Sequence record: NC_048195.1 | From: Escherichia phage vB_EcoM_WFC | Reading direction: 5' to 3' (one strand) | Length of the DNA stretch: 64,000 nucleotides | Shown: positions 9,292 to 18,594 of the stretch, piece by piece | How positions within the stretch are numbered: position 1 is the stretch's first letter | Layout of the letters: each line of letters opens with the position of its first letter | Position numbers and translations under genes: made by a program | Notes under the pieces: generated by a model | Seen by the model: the letters and a program-made list of their open reading frames with translations, nothing else | What the model was told of the DNA's origin: nothing | Databases searched by the model: none

Positions 9292-9909
9292 ATGACTTTC
9301 CAAACTAGTGTAGGCCGTCAATATACAACTGGCTTTCCTGGCGACATCGTTCGCGACGGCCCACAGCGTGGGAAGCCAGGCCGAATCGTTAGCGCCAACG
9401 ACGGTGCAAACGTAAACGCCATCAGCCGTGTGTTTGGTTTTAAAGCCGACGTATCATTAATGGGTACTGGCCAAACCAAAACCTTGGGCGCGCAGGACTT
9501 TGAAGTTGAACTGGGCGGCACCAATTACTATGGCATCCTTGGCAACAGCAAGCGTTACGCTCTGTATGGCAACTCTACTGGTCCTTTGGGTGCCAGCATG
9601 GTTCTGCCTCAATATAGCGAAGGCGAGTTCTATGATATGTGCACGGGCCTCGTAGTTGAAGTATTCAACCCAAGCACCAGTCCGCAGACGCTGAACTACG
9701 GCGACCTGCTCGCTTATGTACCTAAAGGCATTTCCAGCGGTAACAACCCGAACAACTTGCCTATCGGTGCAATTATCGCCTATACTGGCTCACTGCCAAC
9801 TGGCATGGTTGCCATTCCAGGCGGTATCGTGATTGACCCGACTGCTATTGCCCTTTCCGGCCCAAGCGTCCAGTCTTCCACTTATACCATTGTACAATTG
9901 ACTCGTTAA
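9292..9909 (+). CDS. structural protein (205 aa)
   Basis: ATG 9292 right after the scaffold stop; Gly/Pro-rich; lies between scaffold and capsid candidates. Confidence 0.5.
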   Translation: MTFQTSVGRQYTTGFPGDIVRDGPQRGKPGRIVSANDGANVNAISRVFGFKADVSLMGTGQTKTLGAQDFEVELGGTNYYGILGNSKRYALYGNSTGPLGASMVLPQYSEGEFYDMCTGLVVEVFNPSTSPQTLNYGDLLAYVPKGISSGNNPNNLPIGAIIAYTGSLPTGMVAIPGGIVIDPTAIALSGPSVQSSTYTIVQLTR

Positions 9910-9923
9910 TAGGCAGGTGAATA

Positions 9924-11063
9924 ATGACTCGCATTAGCCAAACACACTCTCGCCTCCCAGCGAGCAAGGTGCGCCCTTTTGATATGCAATCCGTTACTGA
10001 CGCGGCTGTTTCCCAGCTTGCTCGTATCGGTATTGTGTTTGATTCCGCGATTGTGCGTGATCAGATTGAGCACTTAAACCGTGCAGGCGCTTTCCGCGTA
10101 GGTGACGCCGCGTTTACTGCGCCGCAGACTACTCCGTCAATCCCGACCCCGTTGCAGTTCCTGCAGCAGTGGTTGCCTGGCTTCGTCAAAATCATGACCG
10201 CTGCTCGTAAAATCGACGAGCTGGTTGGTATTGATACCGTTGGTCAGTGGGAAGATGCAGAAATCGTTCAGGGCATCGTTGAACCAGCTGGCACCGCAGT
10301 TGAATATGGTGATTTCACCTCTATTCCTCTGGCAAGCTGGAACGTAAACTTTGAACGTCGTTCTATCGTTCGTGGCGAAATGGGCATGGCAGTTGGTATG
10401 CTGGAAGAAGGCCGCGCATCCGCTATGCGTCTGAACTCCGCAGAAACCAAGCGCCAGCAGGCTGCTGTATCTCTGGAAATCATGCGTAACGCAATCGGCT
10501 TCTATGGTTGGTACAACGGGAACAACCGCACATTCGGCTTCCTGAATGATCCAAACCTGCCAGCAGCGATGACTTCCAACACCACTTCCGGCTGGGCTAC
10601 TGCGACTTTCCAACAGGTAACTGCAGACATCCGTTTGATGGTTCGTCAAATTCGTGTGAACTCTCAGGACCAGATTGATCCAGAGAAAGTTGACATGACT
10701 CTGGCGCTGCCGACTAACTCTATCGATTGGCTGTCCAACACCACTGACTTCGGTATTTCTGTACGTGACTGGATCACCCAGACTTATCCGAAGATGAAGA
10801 TCAAATCTGCACCGGAACTCAACGGCGCACTTGGCAGTGACCCGACTTTCTTGAACGTGGCATACCTGTACGCCGATCACATCGATTCCTCAATCGATGG
10901 TTCAAGCGATGATGGTTCCGTATTCAGTCAGCTGGTTCAAACCAAGTTCATGACTCTGGGCGTTGAAAAGCGTGCTAAGAGCTACGTTGAAGACTACGCA
11001 AACGCAACAGCAGGCGTTCTGCTCAAGCGTCCGTTCGCAGTCGTCCGTATGACTGGTATTTAA
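9924..11063 (+). CDS. putative major capsid protein
   Basis: 379 aa; strong RBS AGGCAGGTGA; position after scaffold; followed by a stable hairpin. Family assignment is by gene order and memory, not a search. Confidence 0.6.
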   Translation: MTRISQTHSRLPASKVRPFDMQSVTDAAVSQLARIGIVFDSAIVRDQIEHLNRAGAFRVGDAAFTAPQTTPSIPTPLQFLQQWLPGFVKIMTAARKIDELVGIDTVGQWEDAEIVQGIVEPAGTAVEYGDFTSIPLASWNVNFERRSIVRGEMGMAVGMLEEGRASAMRLNSAETKRQQAAVSLEIMRNAIGFYGWYNGNNRTFGFLNDPNLPAAMTSNTTSGWATATFQQVTADIRLMVRQIRVNSQDQIDPEKVDMTLALPTNSIDWLSNTTDFGISVRDWITQTYPKMKIKSAPELNGALGSDPTFLNVAYLYADHIDSSIDGSSDDGSVFSQLVQTKFMTLGVEKRAKSYVEDYANATAGVLLKRPFAVVRMTGI

Positions 11064-11088
11064 TTGCTGTGATTACACAGTAAAACAC

Positions 11089-11118
11089 ATGGGGCGTGGT
11101 CGAAAGGCTTCGCCCCAT
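11089..11118 (+). terminator. GC-rich hairpin after the capsid gene
   Basis: ATGGGGCG ... CGCCCCAT 8-bp stem with 14-nt loop; no clean U-run, so it may be a processing or attenuation hairpin rather than a strong terminator. Confidence 0.35.
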
Positions 11119-11178
11119 ATCAATAGACCTCAAGGGCTGTAGGGGCTTATCTGAGGCTTATATAAATAGGACTACAAA

Positions 11179-11643
11179 ATGTCAAAATACATCGTTTCAA
11201 CTATGTCTATGTCAGTTAACTACACTTTCTATACGGAAGTGAAAGAAAACCCGAATGCAAAAGCTGGTTCAGGCGCTCTTCCAAATATTCGCAAACAGAT
11301 TCTAATCAAGGGCGGCGCTGGTCTTACTTCAGCAACTTCCGGCTTTGGTGAAATGGCAAAAGGCGCTGACGGTGCACCTTTGTGGACTCCTGAAGGAATC
11401 GTCACCGTTGTAAGCGATGCAGATTTTGAGCATCTGAAAGATCATCACGTGTTTAAGCAGCATCTTGAAAAAGGTTTGGTGAAAGTCGTAAATCACGACA
11501 TTGTTGGCAACCACAAAGCCGTCGCTAAAGAAGTTCGCGGCATGTCAGACGACCCGTTTGCGCCTATGACGCGTGAAACTGCTGACAAGCGCATCAAGGT
11601 AAAATTGAGCGGCGACCAAGACGATGATTTATTCCGCGTTTAA
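11179..11643 (+). CDS. hypothetical structural protein (154 aa)
   Basis: ORF in the co-directional late array. Confidence 0.5.
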   Translation: MSKYIVSTMSMSVNYTFYTEVKENPNAKAGSGALPNIRKQILIKGGAGLTSATSGFGEMAKGADGAPLWTPEGIVTVVSDADFEHLKDHHVFKQHLEKGLVKVVNHDIVGNHKAVAKEVRGMSDDPFAPMTRETADKRIKVKLSGDQDDDLFRV

Positions 11644-11657
11644 ATAAGGTGAATGCC

Positions 11658-12113
11658 ATGTCATTAGATTACGAAAAGTTCAGAATTAAATTTCCACAGT
11701 TTGCTGATCAGGTTAAATTTCCTGACACAACACTTCAAGTATTCTATGACATGGCATGTGAATTTATTGAATCACAAGACAGTCCTTGTCGTGTTTTAAA
11801 TGGCAGTAAATTGGAGCTGGCATTGGAATATATGACGGCTCATCTTTTATGCATAGCCGCAGACCAGCAAGTGTCTGTGTCTTCTGGTGACGGAGTTGAA
11901 CAAGGCGGCTTCGTGACTGGCGCAACAATTGGTGACATCACAGTGAACAAAGTTGCGCCGCCTGCGAGTGATGGCTGGGAATACTGGCTGTCAAGCACTC
12001 CTTATGGCATGGCGTTGTGGGCGCTTCTTCAAGCACTGGCCGTTGGCGGCTTGTCATTCGGTGGGCTTCCAGAGCGCGAAGGATTTCGTAAAATTGGTGG
12101 GGTATTCTGGTGA
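11658..12113 (+). CDS. hypothetical head-tail joining protein (151 aa)
   Basis: ATG 11658 preceded by AAGGTGA; position between capsid and tail genes. Confidence 0.5.
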   Translation: MSLDYEKFRIKFPQFADQVKFPDTTLQVFYDMACEFIESQDSPCRVLNGSKLELALEYMTAHLLCIAADQQVSVSSGDGVEQGGFVTGATIGDITVNKVAPPASDGWEYWLSSTPYGMALWALLQALAVGGLSFGGLPEREGFRKIGGVFW

Positions 12114-12496
12114 GGATTCCTGGCGTAAACTTATATCGAGTTGCGACAAAGGTCATCGGTCGCCAACCGATTCAATATTACATGTACAAGGGGCGCACCC
12201 TTGATAAGATGCGCAACTATGTAACTACATATGAAGAACCAATCACCTTACTTGCTTCGGTGCAGGCTGTACTTCGAAACCAATACGTTGAGCTTGGTTT
12301 AGAGCTTCAAAAGAACTATGTCAAAATCTGGGTGGACAAAGACATTGTTGACCTTGACCGCGACGCTTCCGGCGACTATTTTGTGTTTGGTGGCAAAACG
12401 TACAAGATGGAAGATGAAACGACATGGTTTGACCAAGATGGTTGGACGTCTTGCCTTGCCGTGGAAGTAAAACAAAGCTTTCCAGTGTCTACTTGA
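12110..12496 (+). CDS. hypothetical protein (128 aa)
   Basis: 4-nt overlap with the upstream gene; late array. Confidence 0.5.
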   Translation: MRIPGVNLYRVATKVIGRQPIQYYMYKGRTLDKMRNYVTTYEEPITLLASVQAVLRNQYVELGLELQKNYVKIWVDKDIVDLDRDASGDYFVFGGKTYKMEDETTWFDQDGWTSCLAVEVKQSFPVST

Positions 12497-12503
12497 GGTG
12501 TAT

Positions 12504-13079
12504 ATGACAGATGTCGACCTGATTGACATGCTGGCAACGCGAATTGAAGAAGGTCTGGCGGCGTATAGTCGTGCAGACCTTTCTGCTGTTCCGGTCCAGA
12601 AAAAATACCAACCGACTCAACAGGGCATTCCGACTGGTGATCAGATTTGGTTTAACCTTTTATTCTCAGTCCCATTCGGTTGGTCAATGAGAAAGAATGA
12701 ATTTGTCAATGATGAATCTCAATTCGTTAATGGCAAATTTAAAGATATTGAAGATCAGATATACGCAACACGTTTTCAAATTAGCGGCTTATTTCCAGAA
12801 GTTCCTGGCAATCCAGAAAAGCCTACGGCTAATGACGTTTTGACTTATTTAGCAAGATTCATAACCCACAAGGCTAATTTGAGGGATTGGTTTAAAAGGC
12901 ATCAAGCTTCAGTATATAGAGTCGACATGAACAACAATGAAAAGTTCTATGACGACATGTCTCAGTTTGAATCGTTTCCTTCTTTTGATTTGGTAATCCT
13001 TCACAGAAACGCAATTTCAATTTACACGCCTGCTGTTGCAAGAGCTGTTAATAACGATTTAGGCGATATTCCGGTGTGA
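12504..13079 (+). CDS. hypothetical protein (191 aa)
   Basis: ATG 12504 preceded by GAGGTG; late array. Confidence 0.5.
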   Translation: MTDVDLIDMLATRIEEGLAAYSRADLSAVPVQKKYQPTQQGIPTGDQIWFNLLFSVPFGWSMRKNEFVNDESQFVNGKFKDIEDQIYATRFQISGLFPEVPGNPEKPTANDVLTYLARFITHKANLRDWFKRHQASVYRVDMNNNEKFYDDMSQFESFPSFDLVILHRNAISIYTPAVARAVNNDLGDIPV

Positions 13080-13080
13080 T

Positions 13081-13566
13081 ATGACAAAATCAAAAATGAT
13101 AGAAAAACAGATAAAGGCGCTTCAATCGATGAAGGGTCTTACTGTTGAAGCAGGATGGTTTGATTCTACCAGATACCCTTCAGAAACTGGTGGGGAAGGC
13201 ATGTTGGTGTCAGAAGTCGCGCGGCTTAATGAATTTGGTCACATAGCCGTTTTGAACTTTGGGCAAGGGCCAGTCAGGGTAGAAGTGCCACCCAGACCAT
13301 TCATGAGATATGCCTATGAATTATTCGTTAGTGAGCGCAGTGAAATAGAGAATAAAATTGCTAAAAAGATTTTTTCCGGTAAAATAGACGCTAGACAGGC
13401 ATTAGGTCAGATTGGGCTTGCGATGGAAGCAAAGATTGTCGAATCAATTAAAAACGGACCTTGGCAAAGAAACGCCAGATATACCGTGCGTGTGAAAGGA
13501 TTCGACAAACCTTTAATTCACAGCAGCCTTATGTGGCAATCTGTCAACAGCCAAGTCATTAAATAA
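13081..13566 (+). CDS. hypothetical protein (161 aa), possible neck or tail-completion protein
   Basis: Position immediately upstream of the sheath gene. Confidence 0.5.
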   Translation: MTKSKMIEKQIKALQSMKGLTVEAGWFDSTRYPSETGGEGMLVSEVARLNEFGHIAVLNFGQGPVRVEVPPRPFMRYAYELFVSERSEIENKIAKKIFSGKIDARQALGQIGLAMEAKIVESIKNGPWQRNARYTVRVKGFDKPLIHSSLMWQSVNSQVIK

Positions 13567-13578
13567 GAGGACACCGAC

Positions 13579-15117
13579 GTGATCAGTCAATCTCGTTATA
13601 TTAAAATTGTATCAGGGGTCGGAGCAGGCGCGGCTGTTGCAGTTCGCAAACTGTCGCTTCGCATCATGACTTCCAATACAGTTCTGCCGCCAGGCATTGT
13701 AGCAGAATTTTCAACTGCTGATGCCGTTGGATCATATTTCGGTTTTTCTTCCGAAGAATACAAGCGTGCAGCACTGTATTTCGGATTCATCAGCAAGCAA
13801 ATCAACTCGCCTGATTCAATCAGCTTTTCTCGCGTTGTATCCACGGCGATTCCTGCAATGGTTATCGGCGACACTGAGCCTAAAACGCTTGCTACTTTCC
13901 AGGCATTCACTGGCGCTATCTTAAGCATCACTTATGACGGCACAGACTACCTGACTGACGCCATCAACCTTTCAGCGGCAACAAGTCTTGCCAACGTAGC
14001 GGAACTTTTGGAAACGGCAATCAACACCAAGTTTGCAGCAGAAGGTGGCACGTCGGTGCCTGCACTTGCTGATGCGGAAGTGTATTGGAATGCCAACACC
14101 CAGCAGTTCACTTTGGAAGCCGCTCCGTCGACCGCTGGTGCTGGAAACCTTTCGATTAACGTCACAGGTCAACCGACAGACCCATCTCAGGCGCTTGGTT
14201 GGACGACTACTGGCACCGTTACGGTTGCTGGACAGGGTGTAGCAAGTCCGGTAGAAGCCATCGCGGCATCTGTGGAGATTTCCAACAACTTTGGCTCATT
14301 CCTTTTCGCTGGAGCAGACCGAACGCTGGAAGAAATCACAGCCGTTGCAGCTTGGACTCACTCGCAGAACAACATGTACATGTATCTGTTCTCGACTGCA
14401 TTCGCCAACATCGGCTCATACTATACCGCGTTGAAAGGTTACTCAGGCGTTGGTATGATGATCCGTGCAACTAACCTCGCGAATGATTACATCGACCAGG
14501 CACCTGCTGAAATTCTTGCGGCGACAAACTATAACACTGTAAATGCAACTCAAAACTATATGTATTATCAGTTTGAAACGCGAAATGTAACCGTATCGAC
14601 TGATTCACGCGCAGATACTGCTGATCAAAACCGTGCAAACTATATCGGTGCGACTCAGCAAGCTGGTCAAACTCTCGCGTTCTTCCAGCGTGGTGTTCTG
14701 ATGGGCGGGTCTACCGCAGCAGTTGACATGAACACTTATGCCAACGAGATGTGGCTTAAATCTGCTATCACTTCTCAGCTGTTCAGCATGTTCTTGAATC
14801 TTGGTCGCGTGCCTGCAAACGAAGAAGGCAAAGCGACTGTCCAAGCCATGATTCAAGTTGCTGTTGACAATGCGAAGGTTAACGGCACCATCTCTGTCGG
14901 TAAGGCGCTGACGGAAATTCAGAAACAGTACATCACGCAAACCTCCGGTGACAACACTGCTTGGCGCCAGGTTGAGACTATCGGTTATTGGTTGACTGTC
15001 GATTTTGACACTGAAACCACTTCCGATAACCGCACCGAATACTATGCAACATACACGCTAATCTACTCTAAAGATGATGCTGTGCGTCGCGTTGAAGGTC
15101 GTGACGTTCTTATTTAA
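13579..15117 (+). CDS. tail sheath-like protein
   Basis: 512 aa, GTG start with AAGAGG RBS; immediately upstream of the tube gene; size and order typical of contractile-tail sheath. Confidence 0.6.
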   Translation: MISQSRYIKIVSGVGAGAAVAVRKLSLRIMTSNTVLPPGIVAEFSTADAVGSYFGFSSEEYKRAALYFGFISKQINSPDSISFSRVVSTAIPAMVIGDTEPKTLATFQAFTGAILSITYDGTDYLTDAINLSAATSLANVAELLETAINTKFAAEGGTSVPALADAEVYWNANTQQFTLEAAPSTAGAGNLSINVTGQPTDPSQALGWTTTGTVTVAGQGVASPVEAIAASVEISNNFGSFLFAGADRTLEEITAVAAWTHSQNNMYMYLFSTAFANIGSYYTALKGYSGVGMMIRATNLANDYIDQAPAEILAATNYNTVNATQNYMYYQFETRNVTVSTDSRADTADQNRANYIGATQQAGQTLAFFQRGVLMGGSTAAVDMNTYANEMWLKSAITSQLFSMFLNLGRVPANEEGKATVQAMIQVAVDNAKVNGTISVGKALTEIQKQYITQTSGDNTAWRQVETIGYWLTVDFDTETTSDNRTEYYATYTLIYSKDDAVRRVEGRDVLI

Positions 15118-15164
15118 ATAATTGCCGCCGTAAATGGCGGCCATCTCTCTGAGAGGAATCTGTA

Positions 15165-15632
15165 ATGATTAACGTTTCCGGTTTTGGCGCTTCGATTCGT
15201 TTGGTAGCATCAAACACTTTTCCGAATGGTGTGACTCTTTCTGATTTTGCAGATGATGCTGATCCGATTGACGCGCCGGACCTGCAAATTTCTGAGGCTG
15301 CAATGGGCCTTAACGGTGACTTAGTAGTATGGAACCGTGCAAACCCGCTTGAAGTAGGTGTGAACATCATCCCTACTTCTGAAAGTGATGTCAACTTGGA
15401 CGTTCTTGCAGCTGCAAACCGCGTAGGCAAGCGTAAGAACTCTGCAAAAGACGTGATCACACTTGTGCTGACTTATCCTTCTGGAATGGTTATCACGCTA
15501 AACAAAGGCACCTTGACAACTGGTTCAGTAATTCCTGGCATCCAGTCTCAAGGTCGTGTGAAAACACGTCAATATCGCTTCAAGTTTGAGAACGTAGTCA
15601 AAACTGGCGTGAGCAACCAAGAGATTTTATAA
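15165..15632 (+). CDS. tail tube protein (paralog 1)
   Basis: 155 aa; N-terminus MINVSGFGASIRLVA and overall pattern shared with the ORF at 16583. Confidence 0.6.
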   Translation: MINVSGFGASIRLVASNTFPNGVTLSDFADDADPIDAPDLQISEAAMGLNGDLVVWNRANPLEVGVNIIPTSESDVNLDVLAAANRVGKRKNSAKDVITLVLTYPSGMVITLNKGTLTTGSVIPGIQSQGRVKTRQYRFKFENVVKTGVSNQEIL

Positions 15633-15961
15633 TGTATCAAATACCACTTGACAGCGTACCTAACCAGAATATCAGCTTTAACGTTGACGGTGCATATTGG
15701 CAGTTGCACATTTTTGCCGCTATCGAGCACATGTGCGCCGACGTATACCGCAACGGTGAACTTTTGATTCAAGGGGTGCGCTGTTTTGGTGGTATCCCAA
15801 TGGTGCCTTATAAGTATCTCATGATTGGGTACGGTAATTTCATTTTCGACAGCGTACCTGATTATGAAAGTTTTAACTCTGGCGGCTGTAATCTATATTA
15901 CATGTCAGAATCTGAGTTGGCTGAATTCCAGGCCACTGCTGAAGCGGAGTTTGCAATTTGA
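15632..15961 (+). CDS. hypothetical protein (109 aa)
   Basis: Tightly packed in the tail gene array. Confidence 0.45.
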   Translation: MYQIPLDSVPNQNISFNVDGAYWQLHIFAAIEHMCADVYRNGELLIQGVRCFGGIPMVPYKYLMIGYGNFIFDSVPDYESFNSGGCNLYYMSESELAEFQATAEAEFAI

Positions 15962-16314
15962 CAACTCTAACCATTGAAGTGAACGAAAATAATGACCTTT
16001 TTCTACCTGATGGAAGAAACTTAAATATTCTTTCAGGAGAAAAAGCGATGGTGCAAGTAATCAAGGCCGCGCACCAGATGCGACTTGGCGAGGACTTGTA
16101 CGATATAGAAAACGGTGTCGATTATTTGGGGACCGTTTTCAAGTCGCCCGTTGACGAAGACGGTGCGCGAAAGTCGATTGCAGATGCTATTCTGAAGAAA
16201 GCAGACGTTGCCGGAATCGACTCATTGACTGTCACCATCCAAAACGGTATCCTTGGATTCACTGCAGAAGTGGTGACTATTTATGGCGAACGTATAAAGG
16301 TGAGTAATCAATAA
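15958..16314 (+). CDS. hypothetical protein (118 aa)
   Basis: TTG start in the ORF track; an internal ATG exists, so the start is uncertain. Confidence 0.4.
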   Translation: MTTLTIEVNENNDLFLPDGRNLNILSGEKAMVQVIKAAHQMRLGEDLYDIENGVDYLGTVFKSPVDEDGARKSIADAILKKADVAGIDSLTVTIQNGILGFTAEVVTIYGERIKVSNQ

Positions 16315-16580
16315 TGGCACAAGTAATTCATTTTGCAAATGGCGTCATGAAATTTGGCGAAAAATTTGAAGACGCATCAGAGCTGTTTAATAAGAAGGTT
16401 GAGCCTGTTGCAGAAATCAAAGAGCAGGTCGAAGAAAAATCCGTTGAACAAAAACTAGATTTTGATTCCATGAGCGTTTCAGAATTGAAGTCTTATGCTA
16501 AAGAAAATGGCATTGACATCAAGGGTCTTTCTTATAAGGATGAAATTCTTGCTGCAGTTAAATCTGCATCTGCGGAGTAA
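16314..16580 (+). CDS. small protein with C-terminal helix-extension-helix (Rho_N/SAP-like) motif
   Basis: 88 aa; MSVSELKSYAKENGIDIKGLSYKDEILAAVK. Confidence 0.45.
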   Translation: MAQVIHFANGVMKFGEKFEDASELFNKKVEPVAEIKEQVEEKSVEQKLDFDSMSVSELKSYAKENGIDIKGLSYKDEILAAVKSASAE

Positions 16581-16582
16581 AC

Positions 16583-17080
16583 ATGGTCAATATTAGTGGA
16601 TTTGGCACAAGCATTAGAATTGTCGCTCTTCAATCTTTTCCTGTTGGGCTGAATATCAGTTCTTTGTCTGATGACCAGGATTCGCTAATTATTGAGGAAG
16701 TTGAATCAGTAGGTTATCAACTTACTTACGACGGCGGCATTTGCATATACGACAAAGCCGCCGTCGTTCGCGTATCCATTGCGGTCATTCCAAACACTGA
16801 AGACGACATAAATCTTAAGCTTTTATTATCTGCCCGTAAAGGTGGATTCAAGTGGTTGCCAATTCAGGATGTGACATCGATGCTCATTACATATCCTGAC
16901 GGTGGAAGGGTGGCATTCTCTAACGGAACGATAATCAGCGGTCCGCTTGGCGACTCCATAGAGCAATCAGGCCGTCGCAAGACAAACCGATACACATTTG
17001 TGTTTGCCAGCTACGGTGGCGCACAGAGCACGTCTCAAATTGCCAAGGGCGTGGTGCAGAGCATATTGGGGTCCATTTAA
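16583..17080 (+). CDS. tail tube protein (paralog 2)
   Basis: 165 aa; MVNISGFGTSIRIVA and the ITYPDGG / GRRKTNRYTF segments align with the 15165 protein. Confidence 0.6.
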   Translation: MVNISGFGTSIRIVALQSFPVGLNISSLSDDQDSLIIEEVESVGYQLTYDGGICIYDKAAVVRVSIAVIPNTEDDINLKLLLSARKGGFKWLPIQDVTSMLITYPDGGRVAFSNGTIISGPLGDSIEQSGRRKTNRYTFVFASYGGAQSTSQIAKGVVQSILGSI

Positions 17081-17613
17081 TGGCTATCGATTTACTGTCA
17101 TATAGTCTATCAAACAGAAGCTTCACGATAAAGAGCTTCAACCTTGGAGAAGTATCCACGCTTGGATGGGCCATAGTCAACGTCAAAATAAGACTCCAAG
17201 CGAAGATATTCAAAAACCAAAGGGAAGACGGCAGCTATATTGTCGATGGCAGAGTAAAGATGCCGCGAATACTCACTGTCACCGTGATAGCTCAGACGAA
17301 AAGCGCATCAGATGCAATAGCTAAGATGTTGCAAAACAGGTCGACTATATACACAATTAATTCCCGTGGTCTAATATTCGAACGTATGGTGCTGCAAAAT
17401 AACAACTTCAGCCAGGACGCTGACAATATAACGTCTCAGCCCATACAATTGGTCTTCCATGAGATATTAACACAGCAGGATGTGTCTATTCAAACAGCGC
17501 AGGCAGGCGACTCAACAGTAATAGAGCGCGGCATTGCATACATAAAAGAAACTTCTGCCAGCGTCACTGGCGTCGCTACAAAGGTGATGAATGGTATCAA
17601 GGGGATGTTCTGA
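17080..17613 (+). CDS. hypothetical tail protein (177 aa)
   Basis: Start overlaps the upstream stop; tail array. Confidence 0.45.
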   Translation: MAIDLLSYSLSNRSFTIKSFNLGEVSTLGWAIVNVKIRLQAKIFKNQREDGSYIVDGRVKMPRILTVTVIAQTKSASDAIAKMLQNRSTIYTINSRGLIFERMVLQNNNFSQDADNITSQPIQLVFHEILTQQDVSIQTAQAGDSTVIERGIAYIKETSASVTGVATKVMNGIKGMF

Positions 17614-18173
17614 TGGACTTCGTTTCGATTCTGCTTTCTGGTCAATCTTTGGCCATAACGAATGAGTCAACAGGTCTTCCTGTCTGGACAAGGCTTTCAC
17701 CTGTTTCTGCAGAAATAACATCCCCAGCAGAAACAACTCAATTCCCTCTTGCTGGTACAGCCATGCAGGTTGTCGAAGTATCAAGCACGTCATCAGTAAG
17801 CAATTTACAGGCGGCAAAGGTTGTAATGCCAGCCCATATGGCGTTAAACGTAATTTGCAATGACCAGTCTACAATTGAAAATATCATAAATTCATTTGAT
17901 GATGACGAAGTCACATTTTCAATAACTTCTCGAAGCATCATTGCCAGTAAAATGTCGATGTCCGACGTTGAAATAACCCAGTCAGAAGAAAACTTGAATG
18001 GAGTCTCAATAGTAATAACTTTCGAGCAAACGTCATTTAGCATTCAAGGAAGCTTCGACCCTAAACAATCTGCAGACGAATCATCAAATGGTGTTGCCAT
18101 TAAAGAACCAGTCAGTTTGACTACAACTGTGAGTTCGTTATATAATAAAATAAAATCAACAGTAGGAATATAA
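17613..18173 (+). CDS. hypothetical tail protein (186 aa)
   Basis: Start overlaps the upstream stop; tail array. Confidence 0.45.
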   Translation: MDFVSILLSGQSLAITNESTGLPVWTRLSPVSAEITSPAETTQFPLAGTAMQVVEVSSTSSVSNLQAAKVVMPAHMALNVICNDQSTIENIINSFDDDEVTFSITSRSIIASKMSMSDVEITQSEENLNGVSIVITFEQTSFSIQGSFDPKQSADESSNGVAIKEPVSLTTTVSSLYNKIKSTVGI

Positions 18174-18174
18174 A

Positions 18175-18591
18175 ATGAAGATCACCAACAAACAAACTGG
18201 TCGTACAGTAGAAATTAAAATCAGCAAAATGACTGCGATGGAAGGCTGGAATATTCAGCGTCGATTCGTAGAATTTGCAATGTCGAAAGACCCTGCTTTT
18301 CGTTCAGAGTATACGATGGAAGTGTTGAGCTTTGCAAAAGTCGAGCTTGACGTGGGACAAGAAATCCCATTAAGCACTGGTGCACTAATTGACAACCATC
18401 TTGGTGACTGGGAAAACCTTAAAGAAGTATTTGAAGCAGTTCTCATGGAGAACGGTATAAACCCAGACACCCACGCCGAGCGTGAAGGCTACTGGGAACA
18501 AGCTGGCGGCGAAATGGCTGCAGCATTCATCGGCGAATCGATGCGATTAATCGCGCCATTCCTCAGCGGCGAGACTCCAAACAAGGGGTAA
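18175..18591 (+). CDS. putative tail assembly chaperone (138 aa)
   Basis: Position immediately upstream of the tape measure gene; no motif evidence. Confidence 0.4.
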   Translation: MKITNKQTGRTVEIKISKMTAMEGWNIQRRFVEFAMSKDPAFRSEYTMEVLSFAKVELDVGQEIPLSTGALIDNHLGDWENLKEVFEAVLMENGINPDTHAEREGYWEQAGGEMAAAFIGESMRLIAPFLSGETPNKG

Positions 18592-18594
18592 ACT

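Noticed and set aside
10137-10880. Long antisense ORFs inside well-supported genes (for example 10137-10880, 19012-19668, 27813-28499, 32664-33467, 44529-45338, 50401-51039)
   Set aside because: They run opposite to genes with clear motifs and operon context, and several have low-complexity composition mirroring the sense strand. Treated as shadow ORFs.
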